The notes below the pieces were generated by a model, which had not been told where the DNA came from, did no database searches, and was given only the letters and a program-made list of their open reading frames with translations. Both the position numbers and the translations under genes were made by a program. Shown here piece after piece: positions 59,791 through 64,000 of a stretch of DNA of 64,000 nucleotides (within the stretch, counting starts at the first letter, position 1; every line of letters starts with the position of its first letter). The DNA is from Terriglobia bacterium (GTDB lineage Bacteria; Acidobacteriota; Terriglobia; 20CM-2-55-15), in contig CBDAOY010000008.1 of assembly GCA_965198225.1 (NCBI GenBank), positions 576,001-640,000 on the forward strand. The letters run 5' to 3'.

Positions 59791-60430
59791 GTAGGTGCGC
59801 TCTATGAGCGCACATCGTTTCGGTTCGAGGATTGTGCGGTCATAGACCGCACCTACACCGTCGTGGAGGAAGGGGACCAAGCCGCGACGGATTTCAAACC
59901 TCAAATCTGCAATGAGCAACCTGCAATGTGGATTCTTTCAAATATCGCAATTTGCGATCGCACAGAAAGAGAGCCCCGTCTAATCGCAGATTTGTTAGTG
60001 CACAAATCCGCATAGGAAGTCGGAGCTTGGAAATTGCTGGATCTCGCATTGGTTCGGATCTGATGGCTCTAAAACTCAAGTGTAGGTGCGCTCTATGAGC
60101 GCACATCGTTTCCGTTCGAAGAGTGTGCGGTCATAGACCGCCCCTACACCGTCGTGGGGGAAGGGGACCAAGCCGCGACGGGTTTCAAACCTCAAATCTG
60201 CGATGAGCAACCTGCAATGTGGATTCTCTCAAATATCGCAATTTGCGATCGCACAGAAAGAGAGCCCCGTCTAATCGCAGATTTGTTAATGCACAAATCC
60301 GCATTGGAAGTTGGAGCTTGGAAATTGCTGGATCTCGCATTGGTTCGGATCTGATGGCTCTGAAGATCAAGTGTAGGTGCCCTCTATGAGCGCACATCGT
60401 TTCGGTTCGAAGATTGTGCGGTGATAGACC
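59791..60430 (+). repeat. 291-bp tandem array (2 full units + partial third), each unit starting with a GTAG REP doublet
   Basis: Units start at 59791, 60082 and 60373 and are nearly identical. The third is cut by the IS21 end. Confidence 0.92.
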
Positions 60431-61826
60431 TCGGCGGTCACCCAAAACCGGCCAATGGTGGTCACCTGAAAACCGGCCAACGAACATAGATAAGCCCGGG
60501 ACATTGACACCGACGGGAAGCCGAAACAGGCTCCGTCGGCATGAGCAATGTCTTGAGCACAGAAAAGAGAGAGCAAGTTGTTGCATTGGGGCGGCTTGGA
60601 TGGCCGCTGCGTCGGATCGAACAGACCACCGGCGTGCGTCGTGAGACGGCCAGTGCGTATCTGAGAGCGGCCGGAATCCCCATTCGGCCGCCCGGGAGTT
60701 GGGGCCGGCGACCGGCAAAACCGGCCAACGAGGTGACCACCGACCCGGACGGCGTAAATGGTGTCGTTGAGGGGTTTGGCGGTTCCGATACTTCAAAACC
60801 GGCCAACGAAGTGACCACCGACCCGGAGGCCGAGAATCCGGTCTCGGCAGAGTCGTCGGCTCCCCCTCCAAGCCCACCGTCGGGCAGTTCCTGCGAGCCG
60901 TACCGGGAGACCATCCAACAGGCGCTGGAGCGTGGCCGCAACGCGATGGCGATCTGGCAGGACCTGGTCACGGATCACGGTTTTGTCGGCAGCTACGAAT
61001 CGGTCAAGCGTTTCGTTCGCAAACTCCGGGGAGTGCGATCCCCGGAAGCGGTCGGAATCATCCAGACCGGAGCTGGAGAGGAAGCGCAGGTCGACTACGG
61101 GACCGGACCGATGGTCCGGGATCCGAAGACGGGCAAGTACCGACGGACGCGGCTGTTCGTGATGACGTTGGGCTACAGCCGCAAATCGGTCCGGCTGCTG
61201 ACGTTCAAGTCCAGTTCCCGCATCTGGGCCCAGTTGCACGAGACCGCGTTCCGCCGACTCGGCGGCACTCCCCGCCTCATCGTGCTGGATAACCTGCGCG
61301 AAGGCGTGATCGTCCCGGACCATTACGACCCCACCCTGAATCCGTTGTTTCGAGATGTCCTGACCCATTACGGCGTGGTGGCCATGCCATGCCGGGTGCG
61401 CGATCCAGACCGCAAAGGCAAAGTCGAATCCGGTGTCGGGCACGCCCAGAAGACCCCATTGAAGGGACAGCGCTTCGAGAGCCTCGACCAGGCCCAGGGG
61501 TATCTGGATCGCTGGGAAGTCCGATGGGCCGACACCCGCATCCACGGCACGACCAAGCGGCAGGTGGCGGCCATGTTCGCCGAAGAGAAACCATCTCTTA
61601 AGCCGCTGCCGATCGAACCGTTTCGCTATTACCAATTCGGTGAACGTGTCGTCCATCTCGACGGTTGCGTCGAAGTCGAAGCCGCCTATTACAGTGTACC
61701 GCCGGGCTGGATCGGACGGGGTGTCAAGGTCCAGTGGGACACGCTTCACGTCCGGATCCTGGACCCAAACACCTATCCACTCCTCCGCGAGCATGTCCGC
61801 CAGAAGCGGGGTGGATACCGTGTCCG
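60431..61826 (+). mobile_element. IS21-family element, left end + istA only (istB and right end absent)
   Basis: Terminal repeats GGTCACC..AAAACCGGCCAA x2 (60436-60480) followed by istA. Confidence 0.88.
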
Positions 61827-62052
61827 TGTCGATTCCGTCACCGTATGGGAATCGGGCGGTGGTTCCAACGGGAAGACCAACACGGCGGAGTTTATCTCAG
61901 GCCTGATCGGTTCGCTTCCCCCCCTCCACGAGCTGACGAAGAACGTCGGAATCAAGCTTCCCGAATACCTGGGGCAGATGATGACGGACGCTGGGGCAGG
62001 TGAAGAAGTGGACGCTGCGGAGAGTAGGGAAGACCAGACGGGAAGCGAATAG
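60541..62052 (+). CDS. istA: IstA transposase fused in frame to a flotillin-like C-terminal fragment
   Basis: GEEAQVDYG, DNLREG, KGKVESGV, RIHGTT, YYSVP. After about 61827 the sequence VDSVTVWESG...LIGSLPPLHEL...GIKLPEYLG resembles bacterial flotillin tails. Confidence 0.8.
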   Translation: MSNVLSTEKREQVVALGRLGWPLRRIEQTTGVRRETASAYLRAAGIPIRPPGSWGRRPAKPANEVTTDPDGVNGVVEGFGGSDTSKPANEVTTDPEAENPVSAESSAPPPSPPSGSSCEPYRETIQQALERGRNAMAIWQDLVTDHGFVGSYESVKRFVRKLRGVRSPEAVGIIQTGAGEEAQVDYGTGPMVRDPKTGKYRRTRLFVMTLGYSRKSVRLLTFKSSSRIWAQLHETAFRRLGGTPRLIVLDNLREGVIVPDHYDPTLNPLFRDVLTHYGVVAMPCRVRDPDRKGKVESGVGHAQKTPLKGQRFESLDQAQGYLDRWEVRWADTRIHGTTKRQVAAMFAEEKPSLKPLPIEPFRYYQFGERVVHLDGCVEVEAAYYSVPPGWIGRGVKVQWDTLHVRILDPNTYPLLREHVRQKRGGYRVRVDSVTVWESGGGSNGKTNTAEFISGLIGSLPPLHELTKNVGIKLPEYLGQMMTDAGAGEEVDAAESREDQTGSE

Positions 62053-62093
62053 AATTGAACTGTTCACAGGATATCGAGGTACCGGAGAAACAC

Positions 62094-63134
62094 ATGAGAG
62101 CCGTTTGGAAACGCTCGGTGGGCAGCTTTCAGCCAACTGTATTTGCTGCCATCTTATTCACGCTTCTAGTGTCCACTCTTGCCCTGGCACAGGGGAACGA
62201 GCCTCCCAGCGAACCGCCGGCCCATTGGGGTCCCATCTCTTCCACCATGGAAGAGATCCCCTACCCTCACCCAGTTCAGTATCTAGACTTCAACATATTT
62301 GGGCAGGACCTGAAGCTCGCCTACATGGATGTGAGGCCCGAGGGAGAGGCGAATGGCCAGACCGCAATGCTCTTCCACGGCATGAACTTCACCGGAAAGG
62401 CCTTTGAGGTGACGATCGACGCCTTGAGGGCCGCGGGGTTCCGCGTGATCGTTCCCGATCGCATCGGCTACGGGCGTTCCTCGAAGCCCGATATTCCCTA
62501 CAACCTCCATGTCTTCACATCAAACGCGAAATCCCTGCTGGATCACCTCGAGGTTCCCGAAGTTGCCATCGTCGGGCACTCCATGGGCGGAATGGTCGCC
62601 ACTCGATTCGCGATGTCGTATCCGGACACGACCACCCACGTGGTAATGGTCAACCAGATTGGAATGACCGATCAGCGCCAGAGTCGCACCTGGCGGGATA
62701 TCGAGGAAGTCTATAAGGGAATTCTCGGCACAAGCTACCAATCCATCCTGCGCAACCACATTCGCTACTATCCGACGTGGAAGCCCGAGTACCTGGAGTG
62801 GGTCAGGCTGCAGTACGGTCTAACGCTCACCAGTGAGTGGCCCTTGCTGGCAAGAATCCGGGCCTGGCAGACGCAGATCCTCTTCTTCGATCCGGTCGTC
62901 TACGATTGGCAGCACATCAAGACCAAGGCGTTGGTCATGGGAGGAGCGGCCGACGCGCTCACCCGGGATTACGCTGCGGCTGCGCGCCAAGTTGCTGAAA
63001 CGCTCCCCAACGCGGAGCTAGTCCTGTTTCCGGGAATCGGACACAACCCGCAGTTCGAGATCCCGGATGAGTATCACGCCGAGTTGATCCGTTTCCTCCG
63101 CTCCGACCCCACCGTTCCGGCGAAGTCCAACTAA
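62094..63134 (+). CDS. Exported alpha/beta hydrolase
   Basis: GGAG SD, signal peptide, HGMNF, DRIGYGRS, GHSMGG, GHNP. Confidence 0.9.
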   Translation: MRAVWKRSVGSFQPTVFAAILFTLLVSTLALAQGNEPPSEPPAHWGPISSTMEEIPYPHPVQYLDFNIFGQDLKLAYMDVRPEGEANGQTAMLFHGMNFTGKAFEVTIDALRAAGFRVIVPDRIGYGRSSKPDIPYNLHVFTSNAKSLLDHLEVPEVAIVGHSMGGMVATRFAMSYPDTTTHVVMVNQIGMTDQRQSRTWRDIEEVYKGILGTSYQSILRNHIRYYPTWKPEYLEWVRLQYGLTLTSEWPLLARIRAWQTQILFFDPVVYDWQHIKTKALVMGGAADALTRDYAAAARQVAETLPNAELVLFPGIGHNPQFEIPDEYHAELIRFLRSDPTVPAKSN

Positions 63135-63137
63135 AAT

Positions 63138-63203
63138 GTAGGTGCGCTCTATGAGCGCATATTGTTTCGGCTCGAAGAGTGTGCGGTCATAGACCGCACC
63201 TAC
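63138..63203 (+). repeat. 66-bp GTAG REP doublet
   Basis: Same element, lying between convergent genes. Confidence 0.9.
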
Positions 63204-63217
63204 ACCTCTCGGCCGTG

Positions 63218-63433
63218 TTACGACGTCGGTGAGACGTGTTGAAGGGGAACGTTTGATTGCGCGGGGTCCAACAGGCCCCGCTCGGAAGCTCCCAGGAATT
63301 CGACACTGACAGGCGCGCCGTCGTCGCCGTAAGCGATGATGACACCGCCGGGTTCTTCGATGGAGTCGAGCGGAGGCGCATCGCGGAGAACAAGAACGAG
63401 CACATCTGCATCGGGGTCGTAGTTGATCCGCAT
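63218..63433 (-). CDS. DUF2283-like putative antitoxin
   Basis: MRINYDPDADVL...G..V.VEFL.AS. Confidence 0.75.
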   Translation of the reverse strand: MRINYDPDADVLVLVLRDAPPLDSIEEPGGVIIAYGDDGAPVSVEFLGASERGLLDPAQSNVPLQHVSPTS

Positions 63434-63435
63434 CC

Positions 63436-63690
63436 TCAGTCCTCCCAGTACCGTGCGACCTGGCTTGTCCAATAGAGTGTCACGATCTTACGGCGTTCTT
63501 CAACTTCGACGAAAGGAACCCGCAACGGTCCACCTCGGAGCCGGCTCTGTGCTGCACGCACGCCCGCATGGCCCCGAACAATTTGTTGTGGTGCCGAGAT
63601 GACAGCCTCGACTTCGGCCCTCGTTACGTCGCGTGTTTTGTGCCAATCCAACTGCCGTGTTCGAGCGTGCTCGGTCCAGACGATGCACAT
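63436..63690 (-). CDS. DUF4258-like putative toxin (RelE-like fold)
   Basis: WTEHARTR...VEAVISAP...LRVPF...IVTLY, immediately upstream of the DUF2283-like gene. Confidence 0.7.
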   Translation of the reverse strand: MCIVWTEHARTRQLDWHKTRDVTRAEVEAVISAPQQIVRGHAGVRAAQSRLRGGPLRVPFVEVEERRKIVTLYWTSQVARYWED

Positions 63691-63942
63691 CGATCGTCCA
63701 GATACAAGTCGAGGCCCATCGGCAAGATACTGTCATATCGCGACGATCGTCCCGAGAGTCGCGGAAACCGGTCCGAATTAGACTCCGAAAGGTAGGACAA
63801 TGTGGAGAATTCATGACGGGATGAGCACCTGTGTTTTCAGAGGAGTCGGTGCCGTCACGCAGAGCGGCTGAAGGCGGGCGTTCGGCCGAGGAGCAAGCAG
63901 GAAGGTGCCTGAGACAGCTGGAAGACGGAGGAGGGTGAACCC

Positions 63943-64000
63943 GTGGATCCCGAACTGATCACGACGCTGATTTCTAATGGCGATAGGCTGCCATCAAGGA
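63943..64000 (+). CDS. Possible start of a CDS running off the window
   Basis: GGAGG SD then GTG GAT CCC GAA CTG ATC. Too short to assign. Confidence 0.3.
   Translation, partial: MDPELITTLISNGDRLPSR

Noticed and set aside
59791-60430. REP + spacer array as CRISPR or as coding ORFs
   Set aside because: Whole 291-bp units repeat. The short ORFs there are translations of the repeat.
1-64000. rRNA, tRNA, riboswitch, prophage or reverse-transcriptase elements
   Set aside because: No recognisable signatures seen by eye. A covariance-model scan was not possible.

Overview
GC-rich, gene-dense bacterial window whose gene content points to Acidobacteriota (DUF1592/DUF1552/ankyrin block, CarboxypepD-type TonB receptors, giant NHL proteins); the taxonomy is inference. 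I found no rRNA, tRNA or CRISPR array. Main blocks: (1) 1-4.3 kb, glycolipid/lipid genes (glycosyltransferase, FAR-like reductase whose start lies inside a 21-bp inverted repeat, UgtP/MGDG synthase). (2) 4.4-16 kb, metabolic genes (MBL hydrolase, EAL-HDOD, Dus, MFS, UbiA-like, IDI-2, M28/M55/S9 peptidases). (3) 16-21 kb, an IS903-group IS5 element, a TPR+DUF4331 pair and a truncated RAYT. (4) 21-28 kb, DUF1592-DUF1552-ankyrin-amidase operon. (5) 31-52 kb, a closely packed five-gene minus-strand operon (exported caspase-TPR, TonB-type receptor, FecR/DUF928-like protein, CHASE2 adenylate cyclase, giant NHL protein) facing a paralogous giant NHL gene. This is the best candidate for an undescribed trans-envelope signalling system. 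(6) 52-60 kb, a putative ether-lipid module around a strikingly eukaryote-like alkyl-DHAP synthase. (7) 60-64 kb, a REP tandem array, a truncated IS21 fused to a flotillin-like tail, a hydrolase and a DUF4258/DUF2283 pair. Intergenic spaces carry several small palindromic or heptamer repeat families. Several frameshifts and abrupt junctions may be assembly artefacts. All family assignments come from motif recognition by eye, not from database searches.
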